This document shows positions 20,391-29,580 of a DNA stretch of 58,306 nucleotides, piece by piece. The notes beneath the pieces are model-generated. The model searched no databases. It worked only from the letters and a program-made list of their open reading frames with translations, and was not told the DNA's origin. Position numbers and translations under genes: made by a program. The DNA lies in assembly GCA_903854205.1 (NCBI GenBank), contig CAINVS010000290.1, forward strand, positions 1-58,306. Reading direction: 5' to 3'. This stretch comes from an uncultured Bacteroidota bacterium. Its GTDB lineage: Bacteria; Bacteroidota; Bacteroidia; Chitinophagales; Saprospiraceae. Each line of letters starts with the position of its first letter. Positions within the stretch are counted from its first letter, which is position 1.

Positions 20391-20798
20391 TTATGGTTTT
20401 TCTAAGCATTCCAGCCATTCTTTGATCAGGGCTATGAGTTTTTCTTCTTTGGATTTAATATCGGCCAAGTCTTTAAAGTTGATAATTCTTCTGCCGTCGG
20501 TATAAGCGCCTTCAAAGATTTCAATATTGTTTTTAATGTTCATTCCGGTTGGCAAAACGCACATTATCTTTTCATTGCGCAGGTTCAGAACAATAAGATC
20601 CCGCTTATAGGTTTTGGGGTCAAAATCTTTCATCGCTCCCGAATAGTAAAATGCGGGCGAGTTCCATTTGATATGTTCAGAAATTTCAGAATCGACGGAG
20701 AGTATTATTTTTCGCAGATAATCAATTGCAGGTTGCAGTGTCAATGGCAATTTCTGCAGATGGGCTGTTAGCTGATCGCTGTCAGTATTTTTTTTCAT
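20391..20798 (-). CDS. DUF1801 (YdhG-like) protein
   Basis: LRKIILS...ISEHIKWNSPAF motif. Start moved to ATG 20798. Confidence 0.8.
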   Translation of the reverse strand: MKKNTDSDQLTAHLQKLPLTLQPAIDYLRKIILSVDSEISEHIKWNSPAFYYSGAMKDFDPKTYKRDLIVLNLRNEKIMCVLPTGMNIKNNIEIFEGAYTDGRRIINFKDLADIKSKEEKLIALIKEWLECLEKP

Positions 20799-20830
20799 AA
20801 AAACAAAAATAAGCATTTGGCAAACATATT

Positions 20831-21247
20831 TTATACAAATTTACCCAGTATGAACTCCACCGACTTCAATACTGCTTTTTTGGGCAGCATTTCGTCATTA
20901 ATTACTTTTCCAGTGATTTTATCCGTCCAATTAATTTCGTAAGTCAGTTTTGTTTCATTTTCAGACAATTTCTCGGCTATATTGTCCACAAATCCATTGA
21001 ATTTTGGATGATCCACAATCAGAAAACGGACCAGATAAGGGGAAAATGTGATCTTTTCCAGCATAGAAATTTTTAAACCGTCCGGACTTGTAAGATCCAT
21101 CGACCGCATGACAAATTCATTGTTTTTTTCCAGAATCCGTACATTGGAAACACCCGGAACAAAACTTTCGGGATGATCGATTTTATGAATTAATTGCGCC
21201 CAAACTTTTTCGATGGACAAGGGAACGACTTCGGAATGACTGACCAT
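20831..21247 (-). CDS. SRPBCC/Bet v1-fold AtaL-like (DUF1857) protein
   Basis: VWAQL..KIDHPESFVPGV motif. Confidence 0.7.
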   Translation of the reverse strand: MVSHSEVVPLSIEKVWAQLIHKIDHPESFVPGVSNVRILEKNNEFVMRSMDLTSPDGLKISMLEKITFSPYLVRFLIVDHPKFNGFVDNIAEKLSENETKLTYEINWTDKITGKVINDEMLPKKAVLKSVEFILGKFV

Positions 21248-21276
21248 AACTTATTATTTGTATAGTGTTTAACAGA

Positions 21277-21677
21277 TTATTCTTCCATTTGGAACTGAAT
21301 ATGATCATGTTCCTCAGTAATTTCACATAGAATATCAAAAAGGGTTTGACCCCTGCCCGATGCCAATTCTGTTATCTTTTCCTGAAAACTTGGGATATTT
21401 GATTTATGACAGCCGAGGATTCTTTGTTCGTAATATTTTTTGGTTGTCACCGGCCCCAAGTCTATTTTACTTTTGGACGTATTTTTCCAAATAAGCATTA
21501 TTGGTTCATCATATTCAAATACCCCAAACCCGCCGCGCAGCAAATCGTTAAAAGCATCTAAATTATGCCCGGGTTTCCTGTCTAAATCATTTTTTTGAGT
21601 ACCTTATCTATCTCATCGTAGAAAGATTCCGGATCTGAAAAATTATCCCCATTTATTACAAGTATCTTCGTATCCAT
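21277..21677 (-). pseudogene. Barstar-family protein interrupted by a frameshift
   Basis: MDTKILVINGDNFSDPESFYDEIDKVL in one frame continues as NDLDRKPGHNLDAFNDLLRGGFG in another; the break is at the A7 run 21590-21596. Confidence 0.85.
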
Positions 21678-21690
21678 AATTAATTTTATC

Positions 21691-22053
21691 TCAATCAATT
21701 TCTTCCCAACCTCCATTTTGCGGGTCATATTTCTCAAATTCTCCCGAATCTGTAAATTCTGAAACGGTCATGCCCATTTCAAAAATGTCATCTTCATCTC
21801 CGCTTGTTGAAAAATATAATCCATTATTTGCCAGCGATGCCGATATTCCAAATTCTTCATGAGAATAATGACTGCCAAATTCATCTTTCCTAATAAATTC
21901 GTAGCCGTAATCGGTAAGACGTTCCATCAATTCTTTTATTTGTTGATCGGTAAAGGGCTCAAAATTTTTATCATCATCGAAAAAATCAAATTGTCCCTGT
22001 TTTTGGGCTTTTAGTTTTGTTTCTCTGCTGAAGAGATGAATATCGTAACTCAT
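21691..22053 (-). CDS. Acidic hypothetical protein
   Basis: 120-aa ORF (MSYDIHLF...YDPQNGGW) co-oriented in a tight array. Confidence 0.7.
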   Translation of the reverse strand: MSYDIHLFSRETKLKAQKQGQFDFFDDDKNFEPFTDQQIKELMERLTDYGYEFIRKDEFGSHYSHEEFGISASLANNGLYFSTSGDEDDIFEMGMTVSEFTDSGEFEKYDPQNGGWEEID

Positions 22054-22090
22054 AATCAGAATATTTTTTTTCTTAATTAATTGTTTGGGA

Positions 22091-23050
22091 CTACTTTTTT
22101 CCCAACCATTTATTTTGCTGCACTTTACTCTGAAAGGTCCAGGCCAAAATACGGCTAATTTTATTTCCCTGTGTCATCGGAATCGTCCTCACTTCTACAG
22201 CTGCTACCGATTTTAGCACAGAATAGGCTGCTTTCAGATACTCCGCTTTGGAAATCAGCGTTGAAAACCATAAACAGGAATTTGAAAATTCTTTACTCTG
22301 CAGTATCATTTTTTGTACAAATTTTTCCTCTCCGCCCTCGCAGTACAATTCTTTGTTCTGTCCGCCAAAATTTAAAGTTGCCTTAGTTACTTTTTCCTTT
22401 CTCAGATTGCTCAATTTGCGCAGTGTTAATGCTTGGGCCTCTTCAAAAGAAGCATGAAAAGGCGGGTTACAGATACTTATTTCAAATTGCTCGGCTTTCT
22501 GAATAATTCCTTTGAAAATATCTGAGGCATTAGCCTGCAGGCGAAGTTCTACATTTCCTTTCAGGAATGTGTTCTCATCAATTATTTTTGTTGCAGATTC
22601 AATGGCGATAGGCTCTATATCAGCACCGACAAAGTACCAGCCATATTCTTTGTGGCCGATAATTGGGTATATACAATTTGCACCAACACCAATATCCAAA
22701 CATTTTATCTTTGAACCTACCGGTACAATTCCATTATTTAAACTGCCCAATAAATCGGCGATAAGATGGATATAATCGGCCCTTCCGGGAATTGGCGGAC
22801 ATAAAAACCCGGCAGGAATATTCCAATGCTCCACACCATAATAATATTTCAACAGTGCTTTATTGAGCGTCAGTACTGCAGCTGAATCTGAAAAGTCAAT
22901 TGATTCGTCATTGAATTTATTCAAATGAACGTAGTCCGCCAATTCAGGGCAACTGCCTATAAGTAATGGAAAATCATATCGTTCACGATGTCTGTTTCGA
23001 GGGTGTAACCCTGATTTTTCTTTTGGATGTTCTCTCTTTTTTGACAGCAT
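22091..23050 (-). CDS. rlmF: 23S rRNA (adenine1618-N6)-methyltransferase RlmF
   Basis: LHPRNRH, LCPPIPGRADY, LDIGVGANCIYP, CNPPFH, NFGGQ..EL.CEGGE. Start moved to ATG 23050. Confidence 0.95.
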   Translation of the reverse strand: MLSKKREHPKEKSGLHPRNRHRERYDFPLLIGSCPELADYVHLNKFNDESIDFSDSAAVLTLNKALLKYYYGVEHWNIPAGFLCPPIPGRADYIHLIADLLGSLNNGIVPVGSKIKCLDIGVGANCIYPIIGHKEYGWYFVGADIEPIAIESATKIIDENTFLKGNVELRLQANASDIFKGIIQKAEQFEISICNPPFHASFEEAQALTLRKLSNLRKEKVTKATLNFGGQNKELYCEGGEEKFVQKMILQSKEFSNSCLWFSTLISKAEYLKAAYSVLKSVAAVEVRTIPMTQGNKISRILAWTFQSKVQQNKWLGKK

Positions 23051-23151
23051 GGCTTGATACATTTTATATATGCTAATGGACGGTCTGGTCGATTCTGGTC
23101 TTGGGTTGTTGGGTCGTTCCAACCCAACAATCCAAAAATGAATTGGCTCCG

Positions 23152-23203
23152 ACTTGATTTTTCGTTACTTTTATCTGGTCAGTAGCTGACGAGACAAAAG
23201 TAA
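23152..23203 (+). repeat. Repeat family B, hairpin half
   Basis: ACTTGATTTTT followed by a hairpin around GTCAGTAGCTGAC; compare ACTTGATTTTT..GTCAGTTGCTGAC at 32310-32339. Confidence 0.6.
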
Positions 23204-23279
23204 AAAAGAAAAAAATGCTTTAGCCTTTTGGGAAATATAGCATCAGAACTATTGTTGTTTTTAATCAACGATTATGGGA

Positions 23280-23313
23280 ATCCTCATCCTGCCGGAGGCA
23301 TTCTTTTTTCTTG
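23280..23313 (-). repeat. Repeat family B, tail half
   Basis: ATCCTCATCCTGCCGGAG is the exact reverse complement of 32353-32370; similarity extends through ATTCTTTT..TCTTG. Confidence 0.75.
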
Positions 23314-23319
23314 ATGCCA

Positions 23320-24066
23320 CTAACTTTCAGTATTCCCATTTTCATCATCCGGGTCAATAAAATTTTTATTCTTGTCCGAAGAAAAATAGCTATGCTTATT
23401 TATCATAATTTTTCCTGCTAAGAGGGCTATGCCTAAAGTTACAAAAGTAAAAACCGTCAACGCTTTAGACATCTCCTGAAAAATAAAAAAGTCATAAAGC
23501 CCATGTAGTAAAACAGCGCCAAATAAACCACACAAAAGATATAGTGATTCTTTATGGGGTGCAGTTTTGGCTATACCGACAAAATAACCCATTGTCATTG
23601 AAAATGCAGCATGGGCCGGCACTGCAGTAAGCATACGAGAGTATGCAATTTCCAAAGCTTCATTAAAATCTTCTGTTCTCAATACAATATACAATATATT
23701 TTCCAAAGTTGCAAAACCCATGCTGATAGTAACTGAATAAACTATGCCGTCCATCGGTTCGCTAAACTCCTTTTTGGGATAAATATAATATCTCAGAAAT
23801 ATATATTTCATTAGCTCTTCGCTGAACCCAACAATCAAAAAGGCAAAGGTAAAAGTCATCAAAATATCAGGCGAATTGATAATGTAAAGATCAAACATTC
23901 CAAATTCTTCCATTTTCATCGCCGGATAGGTACTTATGGCTCCGAATACAAAACATACAGCAATCAGATAAAGTGGTTCAGGTTCATTCCTATCCCTCCA
24001 AAGAATATAGCCGGTTATAATGAAACCGGGCAAAACTGCCAAAATAATTAAAAAAAATTGGTTCAT
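23320..24066 (-). CDS. prsW: PrsW family intramembrane metalloprotease (second intact paralogue)
   Basis: RDRNEPEP, EELMK, GFATLEN, HAAF and HGLYD motifs. Confidence 0.9.
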   Translation of the reverse strand: MNQFFLIILAVLPGFIITGYILWRDRNEPEPLYLIAVCFVFGAISTYPAMKMEEFGMFDLYIINSPDILMTFTFAFLIVGFSEELMKYIFLRYYIYPKKEFSEPMDGIVYSVTISMGFATLENILYIVLRTEDFNEALEIAYSRMLTAVPAHAAFSMTMGYFVGIAKTAPHKESLYLLCGLFGAVLLHGLYDFFIFQEMSKALTVFTFVTLGIALLAGKIMINKHSYFSSDKNKNFIDPDDENGNTES

Positions 24067-24079
24067 TTATAAATTGCTT

Positions 24080-25144
24080 TTAAACTCGGTTCAAAAATTC
24101 TGCAACTGCATTAGTAAGGTGCTCTGAAGTAAAAAGCGCATTAAAACCCCTAAAATTTTCTTTTTCATTCCAAGCATTTTCAATATCAATATCAGATTGT
24201 TTTTGTGTCATAATATGCCCCTGATATACAAGTCGCTCTGCCAAATATTCCTGTTCTGTTTGCCCTGGTGTTGGAACCAAAAGAATATGCTTGGCTTCAA
24301 CTTTTGCCATATCCATAAGACTGCTGTAACCAGAACGTAATATTAGCAGTTTTGCACCTTTCATAAGCTTAGCAATTTCTTCGGCATTGGCGAAAGCCTT
24401 TATTTCAGGATTTACACCAGTTTCTGTTTCGCAATTAGGACAACCCCTTATCAGCAAAGATTTTTGAGGCATTTTCAAAAGTTGCGCTTTCAGAATATTT
24501 TCAAAATAAGTTCTTTGTGGCTCCGGCCCCGATAAAATAGCAACAATGTCATAATTTGTATTTGCTTCCAAAGTATTGTCCAATCTCGATTGAGGACCAA
24601 TATATCTTATTTTATCCATAGCCATACCATGCCCCAATTCTCCCGACAAATTGGGCGTTCCTTCAGTATCGGGTATCCAGACAAAGTCAAACTTTTTTAG
24701 ATAAAACCTATTCAAATTATTAATTGCTGCAGAAATCAATGGATTTGAAATCCTGATATTGAGCTGATGCGTTAAAAAAACAGTGGGTATTTTATCGCTG
24801 TATAAACCGTAACGGTTATCAGATATTAAGGCATCAATTTTTTGGGATTTTATAATATGGCCTAAAAAATTTCGTTCTATTGAGAGAATCCTTAACAATT
24901 TGGGCAGTTGCGGCGCTATATTTAAAAACATATTGCTATATTTATAGCGGACATTATAACTGGGAAGTTCAATACTTTCCAATTCAGAAAATTCATTTTT
25001 CAAAAACCAAAGCGCTTCATTATCGGAGCCGATAACGACTTCGACACCCTGCTGCTGCAATTCCCTTATAATAGGTACACAACGGGCAGCATGTCCAAGG
25101 CCCCAATTGAGCGCAGCGACAAATATACGTTTCGGTTTGGTCAA
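24080..25144 (-). CDS. GT-B glycosyltransferase (GT28/MurG-like C-terminal domain)
   Basis: LNWGLGHAARC, ISDNRYG, SGPEPQR, RSGYSSLMD, PTPGQTEQEYLA. Confidence 0.88.
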   Translation of the reverse strand: MTKPKRIFVAALNWGLGHAARCVPIIRELQQQGVEVVIGSDNEALWFLKNEFSELESIELPSYNVRYKYSNMFLNIAPQLPKLLRILSIERNFLGHIIKSQKIDALISDNRYGLYSDKIPTVFLTHQLNIRISNPLISAAINNLNRFYLKKFDFVWIPDTEGTPNLSGELGHGMAMDKIRYIGPQSRLDNTLEANTNYDIVAILSGPEPQRTYFENILKAQLLKMPQKSLLIRGCPNCETETGVNPEIKAFANAEEIAKLMKGAKLLILRSGYSSLMDMAKVEAKHILLVPTPGQTEQEYLAERLVYQGHIMTQKQSDIDIENAWNEKENFRGFNALFTSEHLTNAVAEFLNRV

Positions 25145-25205
25145 AGGAAATAAATTTTAATAAGAATTAAAGACTCAAAACAGAGGAACTAAATCGATTA
25201 ACTTA

Positions 25206-25213
25206 TAGTTTTG
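25206..25213 (+). promoter_or_regulatory. Putative -7 promoter element for the mini-lipoprotein/galE unit
   Basis: TAGTTTTG fits TAnnTTTG, ~55 nt before the ATG at 25268. Confidence 0.5.
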
Positions 25214-25267
25214 CAGTTATCGATTCAGCCGAAATAAACACACTTTCATCAAAAATACCACAAGCAA

Positions 25268-25384
25268 ATGAAAGCAACAAAAAAAATATTCATCTTTGCA
25301 GTATTAGCGCTGTTATTGGTTTCCTTGACGACAACAGGATGCCGCAGATGCGGTGGTTGTCCCACCTGGGAAATCAGAAATTAA
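25268..25384 (+). CDS. 38-aa mini-lipoprotein MKATKKIFIFAVLALLLVSLTTTG-CRRCGGCPTWEIRN
   Basis: Hand-translated and below the ORF-track cutoff; basic N-region, hydrophobic core, TTG-C lipobox. Confidence 0.75.
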   Translation: MKATKKIFIFAVLALLLVSLTTTGCRRCGGCPTWEIRN

Positions 25385-25430
25385 ATAATTCAATACCATT
25401 TTCAATAATCTTAGACACAAAGTATTCATC

Positions 25431-25550
25431 ATGAAAATCGGAAAAAAAATCGCTGTTTTTCTTCTTGCTGCTGTTTTGGTAAGCACTCTTTTCTCCAGTT
25501 GCCGCAGAGCTCAAGGCTGTCCAAAGTTTTCTATTGAAATCTCAGAATAA
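25431..25550 (+). CDS. 39-aa mini-lipoprotein MKIGKKIAVFLLAAVLVSTLFSS-CRRAQGCPKFSIEISE
   Basis: Hand-translated; FSS-C lipobox; paralogous to the upstream peptide; stop 12 nt before galE. Confidence 0.78.
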   Translation: MKIGKKIAVFLLAAVLVSTLFSSCRRAQGCPKFSIEISE

Positions 25551-25562
25551 ACCATAGCATTT

Positions 25563-26591
25563 ATGTTCAAAGTAATTGTTAGCGGTGGGTGCGGTTATAT
25601 AGGAAGCCATACAATTGTGGATCTTATTAATAATGGATTTGAAGTCATTTCCGTTGACAGCTATGTTCGTTCTACAGCCACAGTAATGGATAATATAGAA
25701 GCTGTAATCGGCAAAAAAATAAAAAACTATCCTGTCGATCTTTGTGACGCCGATTCGCTCCGTGCAGTTTTCTCTGAACATGACGACATCAAAGGCATTA
25801 TACATTTTGCCGCGTTGAAAAGTGTGCCGGAATCTATAAAGGAACCTTTGCTCTATTACAAAAATAATATTCAGGGCCTTTGCAATATTTTGCAGCTCAT
25901 GACTGAGTTTTCAGTTCCTAACTTCATTTTTTCTTCCTCCTGTTCCGTTTATGGTAACACTAAAGAACTGCCGGTGCTGGAAACTACCCCAATGGGTATT
26001 GCCGAATGCCCCTATGCAGCGACCAAGCAAATGGGGGAAAGGATAATTGAAGATTATATTTCAGCAAATCCTGACAGGAAGGCTGTTATTTTGCGCTATT
26101 TTAATCCCGGAGGAGCTCATCCTTCCGGACTTTTGGGCGAAATGCCCGGAAAAGGTATTACTAACCTGATTCCTGTGCTCATGGAATCTGTAATCGGTAC
26201 CCGAGAATCTCTCACGGTACATGGCGGTGATTATCCCACCCGTGACGGGACCTGCATTAGAGACTATATTCACATCATGGATCTTGCAGATGCGCATACC
26301 CGCAGCCTGAATTATTTGCTGCAAGGCAAAAATGAAAATAATTGTGAGTTGTTCAATCTTGGAATCGGTGAGGGGGTCAGCGTTTTAGAAGCCATAAAGG
26401 CTACCGAAAAAGCCAGCGGCAGAAAGGTTCCTTATGTTATTGGACCACGTCGTGCCGGAGATGTTGTGGCTATTTACGCAGACAATTTCAGAGCAGCAGA
26501 GCGCCTGAATTGGAAACCGCAATACAGCATTGACGATATTATGGAAAGTGCTTGGAAATGGGAGCTGTACAGAACAGGTGCTGCAAAGTAA
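25563..26591 (+). CDS. galE: UDP-glucose 4-epimerase
   Basis: GGCGYIGSHT, HFAALKSVPES, YxxxK (YAATK), LRYFNP, RDGTCIRDYIH. Confidence 0.95.
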   Translation: MFKVIVSGGCGYIGSHTIVDLINNGFEVISVDSYVRSTATVMDNIEAVIGKKIKNYPVDLCDADSLRAVFSEHDDIKGIIHFAALKSVPESIKEPLLYYKNNIQGLCNILQLMTEFSVPNFIFSSSCSVYGNTKELPVLETTPMGIAECPYAATKQMGERIIEDYISANPDRKAVILRYFNPGGAHPSGLLGEMPGKGITNLIPVLMESVIGTRESLTVHGGDYPTRDGTCIRDYIHIMDLADAHTRSLNYLLQGKNENNCELFNLGIGEGVSVLEAIKATEKASGRKVPYVIGPRRAGDVVAIYADNFRAAERLNWKPQYSIDDIMESAWKWELYRTGAAK

Positions 26592-26592
26592 A

Positions 26593-27222
26593 TCAGCCTT
26601 TTTTATACTCTAAAATATCCAACTTCCGATTGCAGCCGCGCACATCTTCTTCTACATTGGAGGCGATGATGACCAACTTCTTGCCCAAAGCATAATCCTG
26701 AAGCAGCTTTCTGTACCAGGAAATACCTTGCGTGTCCAAAGTTATAGTCGGTTCATCCAGTAAAAGCACAGGCGTATCTGATAAAATTGCCAAAGCCAGT
26801 TTTAAACGCTGTTTCATACCAGAGGAAAAAAACTGTACAGGCTTATTTTTGGCTGTTTTTGGCAATTGCAGCAATTCCAGGACGGAATTTACTGTCAAAC
26901 CTGCCACAAAGTGTTTAAATTTTTGTTGAAATTGGAGCGACTCCTCTAAGGTAAGTTCTTCAACTAGTTCTGTATAAGGTGCAGCAAAAGAAACACATTT
27001 GTACACCTGATTGATATCTAATATTTTATTATTTTCTGAAAAAATAATCCTTCCTGAAGAAGGAGACAGAAAACCGGAGAGCATCTGCATCAGCGTAGAT
27101 TTACCGGAACCATTATGCCCTAAAACAGCATAACTTTCAGTTGCCAAAAACTGATAATCCATTTTTTTTAAAATCCACTCATATCGGTAGCGCTTGCTCA
27201 CCTGCTTCAATTCTATCTGCAT
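26593..27222 (-). CDS. ABC transporter ATP-binding protein
   Basis: Walker A GHNGSGKST, signature FSSGMKQR, Walker B LLLDEP. Confidence 0.9.
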   Translation of the reverse strand: MQIELKQVSKRYRYEWILKKMDYQFLATESYAVLGHNGSGKSTLMQMLSGFLSPSSGRIIFSENNKILDINQVYKCVSFAAPYTELVEELTLEESLQFQQKFKHFVAGLTVNSVLELLQLPKTAKNKPVQFFSSGMKQRLKLALAILSDTPVLLLDEPTITLDTQGISWYRKLLQDYALGKKLVIIASNVEEDVRGCNRKLDILEYKKG

Positions 27223-27241
27223 ACAGTTTCTGGTATCGGTT

Positions 27242-28030
27242 TTAAACTCCTCCCCTGCGCAGACCTTTGATAATACCGTTTTGGGAATTATCTATAAAGC
27301 CCATGATGGTATCTAGTTCTTTACTCTTCGGCAGTTGGTTATGAATAGCACTCACAGCCTGAGTTCTGTTTTGGGAAACCACAAAAAGCTGATGGTAAAT
27401 ATCCTGAATGCGTTGTATAGCATCTGCATTAAATCCTTTACGGCGAAGTCCTATGACATTCACTCCGATAAAAGAGGCCGGATAACGGGCCACACGAACA
27501 AAAGGCGGCACATCTTTATTCAATAAAACGCCGCCACCCAACATAGAGTAAGCTCCAATTCTGGTAAATTGGTGCACAGCTACCATGCCACCCAAAAGTG
27601 CATTTTCTTCAACCACTACATGACCTGCAAGTGTTGCATTATTGGCCAAAATACAGTTGTTGCCCACTTGACAGTCATGAGCAATGTGAACGTAAGACAT
27701 AAGTAGGCAGTTGTTACCAACTACAGTTTTTTGGTTGGCAGATGTCCCCCTATTTAGAGTACAGTACTCACGAATAATGGTATTGTCTCCAATTTCCAAA
27801 ATTGAATCTTCCCCTTGAAATTTCAAATCCTGAGGAATAGAACTGACAACAGCACCGGGGAAAATTTTACAATTTTTCCCGATACGGGCACCGGACATGA
27901 TGACTGCATTTGGCCCAATCCATGTTCCTTCTCCGATTACCACATTATCTTCAATAGTAACAAAAGGACTTATGGTAACATTATCGCCTATAATTGCATT
28001 TGGATGTATGACTGCTAGTGGTTGATGCAT
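27242..28030 (-). CDS. lpxA: UDP-N-acetylglucosamine O-acyltransferase
   Basis: Hexapeptide repeats, PQDLKF, HIAHDC, LAGHV, VHQF. Confidence 0.96.
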   Translation of the reverse strand: MHQPLAVIHPNAIIGDNVTISPFVTIEDNVVIGEGTWIGPNAVIMSGARIGKNCKIFPGAVVSSIPQDLKFQGEDSILEIGDNTIIREYCTLNRGTSANQKTVVGNNCLLMSYVHIAHDCQVGNNCILANNATLAGHVVVEENALLGGMVAVHQFTRIGAYSMLGGGVLLNKDVPPFVRVARYPASFIGVNVIGLRRKGFNADAIQRIQDIYHQLFVVSQNRTQAVSAIHNQLPKSKELDTIMGFIDNSQNGIIKGLRRGGV

Positions 28031-28034
28031 TTCG

Positions 28035-29417
28035 CTATCTACGCTTAATAATTTGAGCTAATAAATCGGCTTCAGCGACTAAGGTGTTTCCTACATACGC
28101 TCGCCCTTTCATTTCTACAAGTCCTCGACGGATGGGGCTGGTTAAGTCGAGGCGGAATATAATGGTATCTCCGGGTATCACTTTACTGCGAAAACGGGCG
28201 CCATCAATTTTTAGAAAATAGGTATCATAAGCATGAGGATCTTCAACGTTTTCCATAACAAGGATACCCCCTGTCTGTGCCATTGCTTCAATCTGCAAAA
28301 CGCCGGGCATAACAGGATTTCCCGGAAAATGTCCAGGAAAATAAGGCTCATTCATTGTCACATTTTTAACACTCACTACATGTTTATCAGAAAGGTCGAT
28401 AATTTTATCTACCAGTAGGAATGGGAAACGATGGTGCAGCTTTTGACAAATGTGATTGATGTCGTAAATAGGAGCTTTATTGGGGTCGTAGATAGGGATG
28501 TCTTTATTTCTGCGTTGCTGTACCATTTTTTGGCGCAACTCTTCAGCCATTTTAGCATTGATGCTGTGCCCCGGCTTACGGGCTATAATCTTGGCACGTA
28601 ATGAAACGCCAACCAAAGCTAAATCTCCTAAAAGATCGAGCAGTTTGTGACGTGCAGCTTCATTTGCAAAACGAAGGTTTTGCCCATTTAGTAAACCGGC
28701 ATGGTTTACATCTATATTGTAGTTGAAATGTGTTTTCAACAAGGCCAATTGTTCGGCACTCGGGACATTTTCAATAAAAACAAGTGCTGACTCAGGGCTG
28801 CCTCCTTTTGCTAATCCTGCATTGGATAGAGCTTCCAGTTCGTGCAGAAATACAAAGGTGCGGCTTGGTGCTATTTCCTTTTCGTAATCTTCTAATGATT
28901 TGAGGTCGGCGAACTGAGACCCCAAGACTTTAGAGTCAAAATCAACCATTACGGTAATTTCAAGTTTATCAGATGGAATAATCATGATTTCCGAGTCACC
29001 CTCCCTAATTACAAGCGGTGAATTCAGTTCTAAGTACTCCCGTTCTTTATCCTGTATGTCAATTCCTGCATTAACTATTGCAGCAACATAATGGGCGGCG
29101 CTGCCATCCATGATTGGAAGTTCTTCCCCATCTACTTCAACCAGTGCATTGTCAATTCCAAGCGCATAAAATGCTGACAGAATATGTTCAACAGTCGCAA
29201 TACTCGCATCTTCCGAGCCCAAAACAGTATGTCTTTGGGTACGGTAAACATTTGAAACGTCAGCTTTTATGAGGGGAATTCCCTCTAAGTCAACCCTTCT
29301 GAATTGAATGCCGTGCCCTTCATGAGCAGGACTAATTACTACATTAACAGTTGCACCGCTGTGCAGGCCCACCCCTTTCAAAGAGGCGACAGATTTGAGA
29401 GTCTGCTGTTTTATCAT
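28035..29417 (-). CDS. lpxC: Bifunctional LpxC/FabZ
   Basis: GVGLHSG, TVEH and HKLLD (LpxC); HRFPFLLVD, GHFPGNPVMPGVLQIEAMAQ (FabZ); fusion typical of Bacteroidota. Confidence 0.96.
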   Translation of the reverse strand: MIKQQTLKSVASLKGVGLHSGATVNVVISPAHEGHGIQFRRVDLEGIPLIKADVSNVYRTQRHTVLGSEDASIATVEHILSAFYALGIDNALVEVDGEELPIMDGSAAHYVAAIVNAGIDIQDKEREYLELNSPLVIREGDSEIMIIPSDKLEITVMVDFDSKVLGSQFADLKSLEDYEKEIAPSRTFVFLHELEALSNAGLAKGGSPESALVFIENVPSAEQLALLKTHFNYNIDVNHAGLLNGQNLRFANEAARHKLLDLLGDLALVGVSLRAKIIARKPGHSINAKMAEELRQKMVQQRRNKDIPIYDPNKAPIYDINHICQKLHHRFPFLLVDKIIDLSDKHVVSVKNVTMNEPYFPGHFPGNPVMPGVLQIEAMAQTGGILVMENVEDPHAYDTYFLKIDGARFRSKVIPGDTIIFRLDLTSPIRRGLVEMKGRAYVGNTLVAEADLLAQIIKRR

Positions 29418-29580
29418 GGACTATGTCAGTTGATTTGTATCGTCTGAAAAAACAATAAGTTTTCAACTTACAAAGATACATTTATTTCTATGGCTTCCTA
29501 ATGCTTTTAAATAGTTGTTATATCCTTAACTGATTTTTTTGAAACTTTTTAATCACTTTACGATTTTTTTGGCAAATTTA

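Noticed and set aside
23051-23122. N-terminal extension of RlmF
   Set aside because: TTG start inside an intergenic hairpin; recognisable RlmF sequence begins near LHPRN.
28035-29417. LpxC-FabZ fusion as a novelty
   Set aside because: This fusion is standard in Bacteroidota.
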